From the human T2T-CHM13v2.0 reference genome, Homo sapiens, in NCBI RefSeq assembly GCF_009914755.1, contig NC_060926.1: DNA of 64,000 bases. The stretch is one strand, 5' to 3'. The notes below the pieces were generated by a model. The model worked only from the letters and a program-made list of their open reading frames with translations, was not told where the DNA came from and ran no database searches. A program made the translations under genes and the position numbers. Of this stretch, positions 25,365 to 39,431 are shown one piece after another. How positions within the stretch are numbered: position 1 is the first letter of the stretch; every line of letters begins with the position of its first letter.

Positions 25365-25559
25365 TGACATCACATCAGATGTAAAAGACTCAAGACACAT
25401 TCAATATGTGTAGGATCACAAAACAAACACAACAACAATAACAACAGCAAAATACAGAGTCTATTAAAGACAAAACAGCAGAAACAAAGTGAAAAATACA
25501 TACATATGCAGTATGGAAAAGATCAGTGAAAAGCCCAGAGAGTAATAAATATTATTTTC

Positions 25560-25783
25560 CAGGCAGTTTTGGCTCCACAGGACATGCATCAATGTCCGGA
25601 GATGTTTTTGATTGTCACAACTGAAAGGGAATTTGCTCCTGGTATCTAATAGGTAAAAGCCAGAGATGCTGCTAAACATCTAATACACAGGACACATCTC
25701 CCATCCACCTACTCACCCACCCACAACAAATAATTACCCTGACCCAAATGTCAATCATGCTTAGGGGAAAAACCCTAGTGTAG
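25560..25783. mobile_element. MER20 (hAT-Charlie) element
   Basis: aatgtccggagatgtttttgattgtcacaactg...gccagagatgctgctaaacatc...cccaaatgtcaat...aaaccct matches MER20. Confidence 0.85.
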
Positions 25784-25951
25784 AGGAATTTAATAAGAAC
25801 ATGAGTGAATAAAACAATGCAATAATAAAATGACAAAACAAGAGAACGAAGAACGGGTAATAGGGAGATAAGGAGGAACATTAAGAATCCCTACAATAAC
25901 ATTGCTAGAATAAAATAGACCTGGTTGAAAAACAGATGCCTACTTTCATCA

Positions 25952-26050
25952 TTTTATTTTATTTGAGACAGAGTCTCACTCTGTCTCTCAGGCTGGAGTG
26001 CTGTGGTGCTATTCTAGCTCACTGCAGCCTCAACCTCCTGGTCTCAAATG
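25952..26050 (-). mobile_element. Alu/FLAM fragment
   Basis: gagacagagtctcactctgtc...gctcactgcagcctcaacctcctgg. Confidence 0.85.
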
Positions 26051-26672
26051 ATTTTTTATTTTTAAGGTTGGATGTGATTGGACATGATCGCACATTGATT
26101 TTCCCACCTGCATCACCACCACTAACTTGGAAACATGAGTCTTGTCATTTTTCTCAAGGACTCACTTCTACAAATTTCTGAGTGAGGCCTTGGGAACAAA
26201 TCCAGTCCCTCAGGACACTAGGTCTGGGACCCCCAAACTTTCCCTGACTCTCTAACAAGTCAAGGGAAAAAAATAATACAATATTAAGGGTTAAACTACT
26301 TTTCATTCCCAATAGGAAATGTTATTTTTCTCATCTTGTGGCTATTGGGGTTTTGAGCACCAGCAAGGGACACTTAATAAGTTGTAGATGCATCATGTGA
26401 AGGGGCAGTAATAATTATTTCATCTGAAATAAACCAGAGTGGGCATGTGTCTGCTCATAGATGGAAAAGTATGCATTTTGCACTTGGGTAACAGTTGGCA
26501 ACTCTGACTAGAAAACCTTTTTTGACTATGGCAAGCATCCTTCTTACTTGGAGGAAAAATTTATGCAAAAGACCTGGCAAAGTTCCTGGAACATATAGTG
26601 TGCCTGATCAATGAACATATTACTTTCTCACCTTAAACAAGTTTACTGTATTTCATTATTTAAGAAAAAGCG

Positions 26673-26975
26673 GGCCGGGTGCAATGGCTCACGCCTGTAA
26701 TCCCAGCACTTTGGGAGGCCAAGGTGGGCGGATCACTTAAGGTCAGGAGTTCAAGACCAGTTTGGCCAACATGGTGAAACCCCGCCTCTACTAAAAATAC
26801 AAAAATTAGTTGGGTGTGGTGGCACACACCTGTAACTTGGGAGGCTGAGGCATGAGAATCACTTGAACTTGGGAGGTGGAGGTTGCAGTGAGCCAAGATC
26901 ACACCACTCACTGCACTCCAGCCTGGGCTACAGAGTGAGACGCCATATTCAAAAAAAAAAAAAAAAAAAAAAAAA
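26673..26975 (+). mobile_element. AluSx/Sz-like
   Basis: Full dimer with A tail followed by GA repeats. Confidence 0.95.
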
Positions 26976-27679
26976 GAGAGAGAGAAAGAAAAGACTCATA
27001 TTCAAATCTTGTCTTACTTAATATACTTTTCCTAAGTGTACACTCAACTCCTAACTCTTTAATAAGACTAGATCTCTTTAAAGAAGATAAACAAACAGCA
27101 AAGCAATATGTATGCAGTTAATCCTCAGGAAAGGATAAGATAGGAAGTAAATGGAAATGATATCTTGAAGCAAATCCTTCTTAGACTCCTTCGCTGCCTC
27201 TCAGAAGAATGCTAAAGTGTGACATTTTTTCTGATCACACTTAATTTATATTGCATCACTATTGGTGTAGCCATTCTTTAATTGAATTTATTTAGTCTCT
27301 TCTTCTTGCACTTTGATAGGCGAAAATAATACAGCGGGGACCAAACTGCAGTTGTTTATTCAAGGCACTTAAGGGGCAAATAAGTTGATAATTATAGTAT
27401 TGTTTGATAATGATAAATTATGCTTAATGAAAAATGCAAATTAAGTATAATGATAAATTATGCTTAAATACAGATGAGCACATAGGGAGAGTTCCCACAA
27501 ATTATTGGGCCACAGAAACTAACATTTTCCGGAGAAATATACATCTTGTGGAGGCCTGAAGGGTGAATAGGAGTTGTCAGGAGGCAAAAGAGGAAAAACC
27601 CATGGAGAGGAAGGATTAACATGTTCAAAAGTCCAGCAGTAAGTAAGAGCATAGTACAGCTTTCCAGTGTTTCTTTATG

Positions 27680-29870
27680 CAAATGTAAACAGATACATAT
27701 ATACCCTTCTTACCTACTCAAAAGATAGTGAACTATGCACACTCCTTTTAGCCTTGCTTTATTCAAATAACAATATATTTTGCAGACCTTCCCATGTAGG
27801 TACTTAACTTTCCAGCTGCTTATGATTTTAATGAGTACAGCGGAATTAAACCAGACTCAACTGATGGTCACTTGGATGATTTCTTGCAATAATCTTGCAA
27901 AAATGTTGCTATGAATAAAATTGAAATAGTTTCCTAGCTTGTCATTTGTCTTTTACATATGTTTTGGGGCCTAGGCATAAAGGTGTTTATTTATACATAG
28001 TAAAAAAATACTTTATTTTATGGCTTGAAATGCCTCATTTGTTAGATATAAAATTCTTATAATATCTGAATCTATTTCTAAACTTTCTTTCTCATTTCCT
28101 TCGTTTGACTTTCTATTCATTTGCCAGCACTACAAGGTGAAATTCTTGAGTGTTTATAGTATATTTAATATCTTTTAAGGCTATATCTCCTTATTGCCTT
28201 TTTACTTTTAGTGTTATTATGGTCATATTGTTCATTTTTTTTACATAAGATTTAGAATCAGCATATCTAATCCTGAAGTAAATCCTGATTATTTTCAATG
28301 GCTTAATGTTAATTTATATTACAGAGAGAGAATTGACATCTTTATGAGACTGAGTCATTCTTTTAAAAACATGTTATATATTTCTACTTGTCATGTCTAT
28401 TTTTGTGTTCCTTGAGGACTTCTAAAAAAGTTTCTGCATAAAGTTGTTCTTTGCACATATCTTGTTATGTTTATTCCTATGCTTGTTTTTGTCTCTTATT
28501 AAAAGTGAAGTCTTCTTTTTCATTATGTCTCCTTTTAGATTTTTTTTTTAATATGAGGGCCATTGATTCTTCTTTATTAGTTCTATATCCTGCTATCTCA
28601 TTGTTTTTAGTAGTTGTTAAAATTTTTACAAACTCTCTAAGGCCTGGTAAGACAGTTACATCATCTACAAACTATGTGTGAGGGTGTTTTAACCTCCTTC
28701 CTACCACTTTTAAACGAATATATTTTACTCTTCTGATACATTGCTAGTGCCTTTAGCAGAAAAGTTTGATAATAATTGTGAAAGCTGAGAGAGTGTCTTG
28801 TTCTTGACTTTAATAATTGACTATGTCACAAAGTATGTCCCTGCATTAATCTAGATTTGTGTATGTGTGTGTGTGTGTATACACAAGCAGTCACATGTAA
28901 GTATGTATGTAATCATTCATTTCCATCATGTTGCATTTGTTGTTGTTGTTGTTGGATGAAGAATGTAGCTGAAAGTTGTCAAGTACCTTTCAATTTCTGT
29001 AGAGATGCTCATATAATTTCTATAATTAAGTAAAATAACATAATTAATTATATTAATATATTTGTTAATAGTGAATCATTCCTGAATTCTTAGCATGAGG
29101 TTACATAAAAGAGATGAGTCTTGCAGTTTTGTTTTTCTGCAATCATTATTTTTGGAATCAATATTTCGTCATTACAATAATTCAGAAATGGCCCTTTTGT
29201 CCTCTAATCTCTGGAACAGTTTAACTAGTATGGGAATTGTGGTTTGTTCAGTAGGATTCTCCTATGAAACCATGTATTTTTGATATTACCTTAGCAGTAC
29301 ACCATTGTCAGAGTTTTCTCCATTTTTCGTGGAAATTAATCTATTTTCGTTTCTATTCCTATGAAGTCAGATTTTGGTAAATAATATTTTGTCAAAATAG
29401 TTTACATTTCATTTAGTTTTCTATTTATTTGCCTTGAGTTTACCAAAACGAAACTTTCTAACTTAAAAAAAAAGTTGTTATTTTTATATCAGTGATTGTT
29501 TTCCCCTTATCATAACCGTGTTTGTTTCTTTTGTGTTTTTTCTCTTTTTTTCTCAGGTAATTTAATCTTTTATCAATTTTGGAGTTCTTCAAAGAAGTAA
29601 TTTGTTTATTTATTGCTGAATTTTAGCTTGAAGTATTCTTTCTTTTCTTTTCCATTAATTGGTTATTTTTCAACCTTTTGTTCTAATTTTTAGTTTGATG
29701 CTTAATTTGTTAACTTTTATTATTTTTTGTATATTTTATGAAGATTTAAAACAATATTTCACTTGAGTATTTGTTTTGCTGCATCTTGATTCTGAACTAT
29801 AGTGTTTTCACTATTACTGTTTTCCAGAAATTTTGCAATTTTGATTTGTATTTCTCTTTTTACCTAAAAG
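27680..29870 (-). mobile_element. Degraded antisense L1ME block
   Basis: T-rich; gagaattgacatctttatgagactgagtc and gtcttgttcttgactttaat are decayed antisense L1 ORF2 motifs. Confidence 0.65.
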
Positions 29871-29959
29871 TTGCTGATAACAGACTAAGTTTTTCATGAC
29901 GATCAAATATTAGGTTTATATGTATAATATAAACATCAGGATTTTAAACACATGAGAAA

Positions 29960-30600
29960 ACTTACTCTCTGCATAGCAGAGAATAAATCAGAGGGGACCA
30001 GGCTGTAGAACCCTCTTTGTATGTGAAATATGCTTATGTTCAAAGATAAAGTTTAGGTTGCCTGAGATTGAGCAGTAGTTTGGGCAACAACAATAAAACA
30101 AGCAGATGGATTTGAGATATATAAAGGGAGTATAATAAACTTTTCATGGTGATTCATTAAAAGTGCTACCTGAAGCTGAGGAAAGAGTTAAGGCCAACAA
30201 AGTTCAGACATGGGCAACTCCATGGGTGGTAGAGCTACTTACTGAGGCAGGAACTGATGGACCAAGAACAGGTTTGGAAAGAAAGACATGAAGAGGTGTG
30301 AGAGTTTGGATTTTAGATCCTGAGAAGCATACAAGCAATGGTGTTATCAAAGCAGTTGGATATATAAAAGACTGTATGGTGAGAGACAAATTGTGAAGTC
30401 ATTAGTACTGAGGTGATAATTTCATATATAGAAACAGCTGATGGAAGAAGTTTAAAGTAACAAGAAAAAAAGCATTGAAAAGGGAATCCTGAGTGCTCCA
30501 GGCATTTATGGGACAAGCAGAAGAAGGGTAATCTTTGATAGATGATGAGAAGGAGCCAGTCTGTCATCCCACTGAATTGTGGCTGCCTTGAGGAAAACAT
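29960..30600 (-). mobile_element. L2 fragment
   Basis: Purine-rich antisense L2 text (gcagatggatttgagatat...gagtttggattttag...aagcagttggatatataa). Confidence 0.65.
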
Positions 30601-31443
30601 AGAATCTGAATTATGGAAGACTGCTGAAAAAGTATTAATTGCACATAAATGAATGCATGGGCAAAGCAATTTTCCAAAACTGATACAGATTATTAAAACT
30701 ATTATACTCATTTAATTCTAGAAAACTGCATCATGAAATAAGTGGTGGTTGAGCTGGCACTTCTAGGAATGGACAAACCTCTGTGTAGAACCCATGGCTC
30801 CATCACTGGAGTCCGTATTCAGCAGTAAAACAGCCTCTCTCAGTCATGCTTGCTGTGAGTTACACCCAGCCAGCAGGATCATCTTGACAGCTAGCTATTT
30901 AACTAAGTTATCAGTAAGCAGGTAATAGTCCCTCAGTTCAGTCAAAACAGTCAAATTAGTTGTACCTGTAGACATAGCCTTTCTTTGCCAACATTTATGA
31001 CACGGACAGGAATGAATTAGGAAATAGAACAATAGCTCCCTGTATGTGAAAGATGTGTCGTCTGTCTAAAGAGAAAACACATTGTGTTTATTGAGTGGGA
31101 ATTGTCATGGAAGCTTTGCATAGCTTTAAAAAAAAAAACACAATATGCTAACTTCATTCCAGTGATTGAAGCACACAATTTTGGAAGGTTTTATGGAAAG
31201 AAAGAGGAAAAATAAATAGAGAAGCTGAAGTCCGAAATAAATGTGTGAGTCAGCCCTCATCCAAATACAATTATTACCTTCACGCTTTGCCCTGTTTTGT
31301 TTGACCTAGGAAAATATATTCAATGGGATTTCAAAGAAAAATCAAATAATTTTTTTTTCAAACACTGTGGCAAAAACCCATCTGGCCAAAATTTTACATA
31401 ATTGCATTCTCAATGCAACCCAAATACATATTTTTAAAAAAGC

Positions 31444-31765
31444 GGCCAGGTGCAGTGGCTTTCACATGTAATCCTAACACTTTGGGAGGCCAAGGCGGGC
31501 AGATCATGAGCTCAAGAGATCAAGACCATCCTGGCCAACATGTTGAAACCCCGTCTCTACTAAATATACAAAAAGTAGCTGGGCATGGTGGTGTGCGCCT
31601 GTAGTCCCAGCTACTTGGGAGGCTGAGGCGGGAGAATCATTTGACCCTGGAGACGCAGGTTGCAGTGAACTGAAATCGCGCCGCTGCACTCCAGCCTGGC
31701 TACAGAGTGACCCTCTGTCTCAAAAAAAAAAAAAAAAGAAGCAAAAAAAAAAAAAAAAAAGAAAA
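31444..31765 (+). mobile_element. AluSc-like
   Basis: TCAAGAGATCAAGACCATCCTGGCCAAC diagnostic; interrupted A tail. Confidence 0.93.
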
Positions 31766-33916
31766 CAATCGATTATATACACACAATGCTGTGTTCTTAG
31801 GAATCCACTGTCCTATTCTCTGTCAGTGAAAATAAAAACACAAACACAAAAGCACTCTACCCATTTAAAGCTGCCTGATTATTTCCCCTCTGACAAACTG
31901 CTGCCCCTTTGAGATAGCTGTTAAATCTCATGGCCTTTATCTTTTGACATTTTATCATATTTTGCCTAAGGAGATTTATAGAATTGTGCTATGATTTTGT
32001 GCCATGCTTTAACTGTAATGTTGTGCTGTGGTTTGGCTCCAACACTTGATTTCCTCCTATGTCTCTTCTATGCATGAACTCAGGCTGTTCTGCACATTAA
32101 AAGGGCCCAGTTATTTATTGGATGAGTAACTGTTGCTTTCTTCCTCTCCTCCCTCGCTCTCTTCCTTCCCGCCCTACTTTCTGTATACTTATCTCTAAAC
32201 AAATGGTTTATGGATCTCTGCCCACCCCTCTGCATGGGTGACTTCCACGGGCAGGGACCGTGCAGTACTTTGGTCTTCCTGCCATGTTTCCCAATTAAAT
32301 CTGTGACTTTTTCTTTCCCTTGGTGCCATCCAGGGCTGCAGTCAGTTAACTAAAATTCAGGACCAGCGTGTGGTGGACTGCTTCGTTTATAGACATGGGG
32401 AATTCAATCTCAAAGTACAGTTTCAGTTTTAATTGCTAATATTAAGTGGTTTTTGAATTTCTAATGAGTACCTAATTAGAGCAAATGTTTTCCTTACTAA
32501 CAAGTAATTATAGCATTCCAAACACGTTTACTTTAATTAAACAAAACTGGTTGACTAATTACGAATGGCAAGGCAGGACACAGTGGATTTCTATCTTCAA
32601 GGAACTCCAGCAGACATTCTTGTGTGGGTAACTACACATTAAAGCTCACTTTTGGGTGCTCTCAGGGCGGCTCCTGATAGTACCAGTTACGCAAAGCGAA
32701 GTTGTTCAACTGGAGGCTCAGTGCCTCCTCCATGTAATAGAGACATCTCCGTGGGGTTCTTCTCAACTCTTTTCAAAATTTCCCCATTGAACGAAAACAA
32801 ATTATGCCTGAGTGCATGTGGTGGTTGCCTGAAACAGCTGTCAGAATGTAAAGAGTTTTTAAAGACTCAAGTTTAATTTAAAAATTATATACCATTTGCA
32901 TTATATGCAATAATAACCTGTTTTAATTCTAGTTTTTAAAGAAACATTTTCCTCAACCCCTCAATCCTCCCAAAGATAACAAACATTCAACTGGAGCTTA
33001 CTGACCTCCTAGCTATAGTTGTGGTTTGAGAGCAGGAATTTCGGCGACTGAATGCAAAATCCATTCTTTTAAAGCTATGGTATATGCCTGTGGGGTATAC
33101 TCCAAAGTATGGATTCTGTTTGGCCATCAGTATTGTGGATGGCTATACTTCAGTTTCCTCTTATTGATGTTACATATTGAACTACTGCTGAAATTTGGAA
33201 TTAGACTCTGAAATGTTACTATTGGCCTTTATGCAGTATCTGGCAACTGTGAAAACAGATAATTAGGTATTTGTTCACACTTGTCTCTTTGAATGAAGCT
33301 GTCATTGTAGTCTGAGTAGGGAGTCACTTAAAGGAAATGTACTCCTAACCCTTTGAAGAGGCCAATCATGGTACACAAACCACATGAGTCACCAAAGCTG
33401 ATATGGACACATCCATCTGTATGTGCTTGGGTAAAAAGTTCATCCGGGAGAGATGTGACTGAGGAAAGATGATCATGAAAAGCAGTTGTGAGAGAATGCT
33501 TCTGGGGAAAATGGATTTCTCAAGTCCTGAGGCCAGGTTCACAACTTAGTAAGAAAAAGAGAATATTCACACACAGGAATTGACTTGCATGATGGCATTG
33601 AGCGGAACTGGTTATGGTGTAGGTCAACAAGTAGGAGGAACAAAATAGTACGGAAGATGAAAATCAAAGATGAAAATGGAAGAGAGGTAGAACATAGAGC
33701 TTAACAGAGCCCAGGCCTAAAATTTGAGGTTGTACAAAACCATGCCTGAGTGTTTCATTGTGTTACTTAACACATGCCCGTCCATGCATTCTATGAGTAT
33801 TTCACTGCCCTTTTTCAGGTGCTGGTCATGTAGGGATAATGACATATTCATAAACGGGTGTAATATGAGGTAAGAAACGACCTGCCTTATAAAAGAGAAG
33901 CAGGCAAATGCAATAG

Positions 33917-34371
<455 letters not shown>

Positions 34372-35708
34372 AGTGTTGGAATCTTACCCCAGTGAAATAC
34401 AATAGTGACCCATGGGCCCTGAACACTCACATGTGCTTAGCACTGTTCTAAGGGCTTTTTAGATATTAATGAATCCAATTTGACCAAGGGTGAACAGCTA
34501 CTACACCAAAGAGCTAGTATCTGACCCAAAGAGGCTCATTTCCTAGCCGAAGTCTAAAAACAAACAAACAAACAAACAAAAACTCCATAGTATCTATTTG
34601 ATGCCTCCTTTGTTATCATGAAGTATCTCTGATTTATCCATATGGAGGGGTCTCTGTCTCCTCTGAACTCACAAAGCATTCTTTATGCCTCTCATCAAAT
34701 ACCTTTCTCACTATCATTCTACATTTGGGGAGGGGGCTCTTGGAAGTATGACTCATGGAGTTTTCATTGTTTTAAATACATTTTGAACTTTTGAAGATGT
34801 TTTAGCAGAAAATTTTAGAGTAATATCAATAAATATTTGTAATGGAATGATTGATCCTATATCTAACATACAAAGAAAATGCCTAAATAGTCTCAGATTC
34901 TCATTTTAATGTTTTTTAATTTTATATTTTTATATTTTTGTTGGTCCTTGGAATGATAGGACTTAGGGATTTTTTTCCTTGGCTGATCTTGCTTTGAAGG
35001 CAAAGTTATAAAAATATACTTTGAATGATTTGTGATTAATTTATTTTAGTATAACTTTTTTCTTTTCTTTTCTTTTTTTTTTTAATAAACAGAGGCTAAG
35101 CAAATCTTTGGAGATTTTCTCTAGTTCCCTCTTAGTTCTCTTCTGTGGTCCTCTCCAATGTCCTAGCGTTTGCTATTTACTTGGCTAGAGCCTCCAGTCT
35201 GGTATCTGATCCAGGCCTGCCTTTCCTAAAAGGCCCTACTATGCTTAGCTCTTTTTAAAAAGCCAGCTTTAAAGCTTTTATTAGTATTCTAACAGATAAA
35301 TTTATACTTAAGTATTAATAATTGCCCACTTCTCATTATTATTATTATTGTTGCAATTGTTATCTCAGACAGTTAGGAATAATGTTTGGAATGGCAATAA
35401 TGGTATTCTTTAGTTAGAGATAGTACTCCTGCTTGATACTTAAAGTGCCTCATAAAATTCAAAGGAAATCAGACATCCAATTTCTTACTTTAGTCGATGT
35501 AACTATTGTTCACTTAAAACACTCATGAGTTCTTTTCATGAGTCCTAACTCAGAGGAAACTTCCTAGAGCTCATTAAAACTTTAGGCTCTGTTTAGGTGA
35601 CCTATAGGCTGTGTTGGCATATAATGATTTTGTCTTTTGAGCTCCAAAGATATACCATTAATCTAATGTTATCAAGATTTGAAAAATGGATTTATAAAAA
35701 GTAAACAC

Positions 35709-36002
35709 AGCTGAGCGCAGTGGCTCACACCTATAATCCCAGCACTTTGGGAGGCCAAGGTGGGTGGATCATGAGGTCAGGAGTTTGAGACCAGCCTGTC
35801 CAACATGGTGAAACCCCGTCTCTACTAAAAATAGAAAAATTAGCCGGGGGTGATGGTGGCCGCCTGTAATCTCAGCTACTTGGGAAGCTGAGGCAGAGAA
35901 CTGCTTGAACCCAGGAGGCAGAGGTTTCAGTGAGCTGAGATCACGCCTCTGCACTCCAGCCTGGGTGACAGAGCGAGACTCTGTCTGAAAAAAAAAAAAA
36001 AA
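35709..36002 (+). mobile_element. AluSg-like
   Basis: Full dimer; TSD AAAAAGTAA(A/C)CAC. Confidence 0.95.
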
Positions 36003-36960
36003 GTAACCACAAGGGTATTATTCTCCTGAAGAATCCTTTGCTTTCTGATATGATAACATTTGCTTATCAGAATTCAGTTTCTGGTATGATGGAATAAATT
36101 ACAAAGTCACTGGACAAATTAGAGGGTAAATTCTTAAAAATGTGAATTGCAAGGTGTAGATTTCAAGTAGCACAGAACCCAGATGAATTTCATCCACTAC
36201 CTGCATTATAATCAGGAACAGAAAAATGGAGTTTACTTTAACACTATGTTACTTGAGTGCAAAATCCCAGCTCCACAAAACTCTGATGTCCTGAAATTTG
36301 TTCACATGCCTTAGTTGAGCTAATTACTAGAATGAGTTTGGGCAAGTTACTTTCCCCTCAGCAGGCTTCACTTTTCCTCACTGTAAAATGAAAGTGTGGG
36401 TCTGTGAATCTCTGAGATACTTCCGATTTTGTGCATTAGTGATTCCAAGTGAGATTTCCTTCAGCTAGCATGCCATTAAATGCTACATTTTTATTTGCTT
36501 TCTGATTTCCCTCTTTTCATTTATGAAAAGAGCTCACAAAACCTTTTTCCTGTCTATTTGCTCTTGGAAAATTATGGGCTCTTGGAAGTTTTCAATTTAA
36601 ATTATATTTACTTTTCATTCTCACTCCGTCAGAGGCATGTGCATATGAAAATGTTTGTCTTCCATCCATACCCTACTGACTCATTAGGAACAATCAGAGT
36701 GAGCTGTTCTTTTTCCCCTGCTAATAATAACAAAGGAACCAAACATATATAGATGAGATTGTATCTTCAAAGGAAATTTACGTCGGATTTGATATTTATT
36801 TTCACAATTATATTCTGACGTAGAAAGCGTCAACACCAATTTCCCAAATGAGAAACTCTATTATAGAATTGAAATGGGAGCTACTCTGCAAAACCCCTAG
36901 GTGCCATGGGTACAATCAACCATGGTTATGTGCCTTCCCCACAGCCATTTACCCTTACCC

Positions 36961-37792
36961 TGTCAAAAGAAAAACTGTTGTTTTCCTATGTACTCAAAAT
37001 ACTTCTGACACCAAACATGTGGGTTTTCTAACCAAGCAATTTTCCATTTCTCTGTGGACACCAACCGAGTGTTCTACAATTTAACTAAATTCTGAAACTA
37101 ACTCCCTGGAGTCAGTGTGGACCTACAGTTTAAGTGCTCATTCCCGCAAGGCTGCCCACCACTTCAGATACCAATTGCAAGGCCCAGATTGTTACCTGTA
37201 ATTCTCATAAACTGGCTATAAATATGAGGCTCCTCTAACCCCTTATTGTTTGATAGTTGGCTATAAACACTCACAAAACCCAAGAAATGGCTTATTTAGG
37301 TTTACTGGCTTACTATAAAGGATACAGACAAACAATCAAACGAAAGAGATGCACAGATCAAGATGTAGGGTGCAGCACAGAGCTTTTATCCCTCTCCCAG
37401 TGTGCACTCTCTCAGCACTGACGTGTTCATCAACCTAGGAGCCCTCTGAACTCCATTGTTTGGGTTTTCTTTTGAGGTGTCATGACATAGGCAAGATTGG
37501 TTAAATCACTGGCCTTGTGATTGAGCTCAATCTCCAGCCGCTCTTCCCTTCCTGAGGGAGGTTAGAGGTGGGGCTGAAAATTTCAATCCTCTGATTACAT
37601 GGTTGGTTCCTCTGGCAACCACGCCTCATTTTCCAAGAGCCACCTCAATCTCAGGTATGTTTGAAAAGGACTTATTATGAAAAACAATAGACGCTTCCCT
37701 CACACTGATCACTCAGGAAATTCCAAGAGTTTTAGGAACTTGTGTCAGGTACCAGGGACAAAGACCAAATATGTATTTCTTATTATGTCATA
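36961..37792 (-). mobile_element. MER21-family solo LTR
   Basis: ggaaattccaagagttttaggaact...cagggacaaagaccaaatatgtatttcttattatgtcata end and ttctgacacca...cacttcagataccaattgcaag are MER21 hallmarks. Confidence 0.85.
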
Positions 37793-38079
37793 CCTTGCCC
37801 GCATACACCCTCACACACAAACACACAATTCACACATGTACAGAATGAAAAGGCAAAGAGTAACATCTTTATATCTGTGTAAGTCAATTAGTTTAGGATG
37901 ATTGCAAAAGTTAAAACATTCCATAGAACAGGAACATAGTGAAAGCTCAACAAATATAATAATTGAGCCTGCTTTCTCACCTATAAATTATGATAGACAC
38001 TACCTTGAAATGGTTGTAAGAACTATACATGTAAGATTATTTAATACTTGATGCCCAGTGGCGTCTCAGGGGATGATAG

Positions 38080-38250
38080 CCTCTCTTTCTCTTTCTCTTT
38101 CTCTTTCTCTCCCTTCCCTTCCCTTCCCTTCCCTTCCCTTCCCTTCCCTTCCCTTCCCTTCCCTTCCCTTCCCCTCCCCTCCCCTCCCCTCCCCTCCCCT
38201 CCCCTCCCCTCCCCTCCCCTCCCCTTCCTTTCCTTTCCTTTCCTTCTTTC
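38080..38250. repeat. Compound pure-pyrimidine microsatellite (TCTTTC)n(TTCCC)n(CTCCC)n(TTTCC)n
   Basis: 171 nt with no purine on the + strand. Confidence 0.97.
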
Positions 38251-38324
38251 AGCAATTCCAAACTTGCAGACTGTTAGGAACTTTGGATAATTTCTCCATC
38301 TCGAAAGTAAGCTTGTGATATTCC

Positions 38325-38713
38325 ATAAATCACTTAGCTTAGACTTAATTGTGCTGTAAACAAACAAACAAACATATCTGAATGGCTTCCAACAGCAAAT
38401 GTTTACCTCTTGCCCTCTGTTCATGTCTTCTGTAAGTTTAGCTGAGGTTTGGTATACTCTGTATCCAAGACTCCTGTGAAGAAAAGTCCCCATTTGGGAC
38501 ATACTCGTCTCATAAAACAGGGGAAAAACAGATAATGGCACCATGCAGCTGTTTTTGACATATTTGCTTAGAGGTGGGTAGCATCATTTCTGCTTCACTG
38601 TATTGGCCAAAGCAAATCAGATGGCCCCGCCTGCTGCCAAAAGGCTGGAAGAAGTAAGATTGTCACACAAGAGGAGATAGCCAACATTTGGAAATAGTAC
38701 CACAAACCATCAT
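38325..38713 (-). mobile_element. Old MaLR solo LTR (MLT1I/J/K-like)
   Basis: catcatttctgcttcactgtattggccaaagcaaatcagatggcc and tgtgctgtaaacaaac...tggcttccaacagcaaatgttta are antisense MLT1 motifs. Confidence 0.75.
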
Positions 38714-38987
38714 ATTTCTAAACATATTTTAATTGCTCTCATACACATGAATGATTGCAAACTCGGGTTCCTCATTTGCTCATTTGTTTATGCATCACTC
38801 ACCAGACAGTCATTGAAGAATCGCTGTGTTCTAGATACTGTGTTTTCTGATGTAGGTGATACAGAGAGAAAGAAAACGCAATCTACGTGTAGCTAGAAAT
38901 TTTTTGTCATTATTTCTTTTTTCAGCTCAAATGAATTCTGATAGAAAATTTTTGGTAGAGAGCAAAAGGAAAAAATACTGTATTGGG

Positions 38988-39431
38988 GAATGTGTGTGTG
39001 AATGTGTGTGTATGTGCATGAATGTGTGTGTGAATGTGCGTGTGAATGTGTGCGAATGTGTGTGTGCATGAATGTGTGTGCGTGTGTGTATGCGTGAATG
39101 TGTGTGCGCATGTGTGTGAATGTGTGCGTGTGTGATGACTGTGTGTGACTGTGTGTGACTGTGTGTGAATATGTGTGTGAATGTGTGTGACTGTGTGTGA
39201 ATGTGTGAATGTGTGTGAACTGTGTGTGAATATGTGTGTGTGAATGTGTGTGAATGCGTGTGTGAGTGTGTGAGTGTGTATGTGTGTTTGCGTGAATGTG
39301 TGTGTAAATGTGTGTGTGCATGTGTGTGTGACCGTGTGTGAATGTGTGTGTGAATATGTGTGTGAATGTGTGAATGTGTGTGTATGAGTGTGTGTGAGTG
39401 TGTGTGAATGTGTGTGTGTGAGTGTGTGTGC
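38988..39431. repeat. Degenerate (TG)n / GAATGTGTGT-type repeat block
   Basis: About 440 bp of TG runs punctuated by GAA, GAC, GAG and GCA. Confidence 0.95.

Noticed and set aside
38037-38544. EGRG/EGKG- and PSLP-repeat ORFs
   Set aside because: Translations of the pyrimidine microsatellite.
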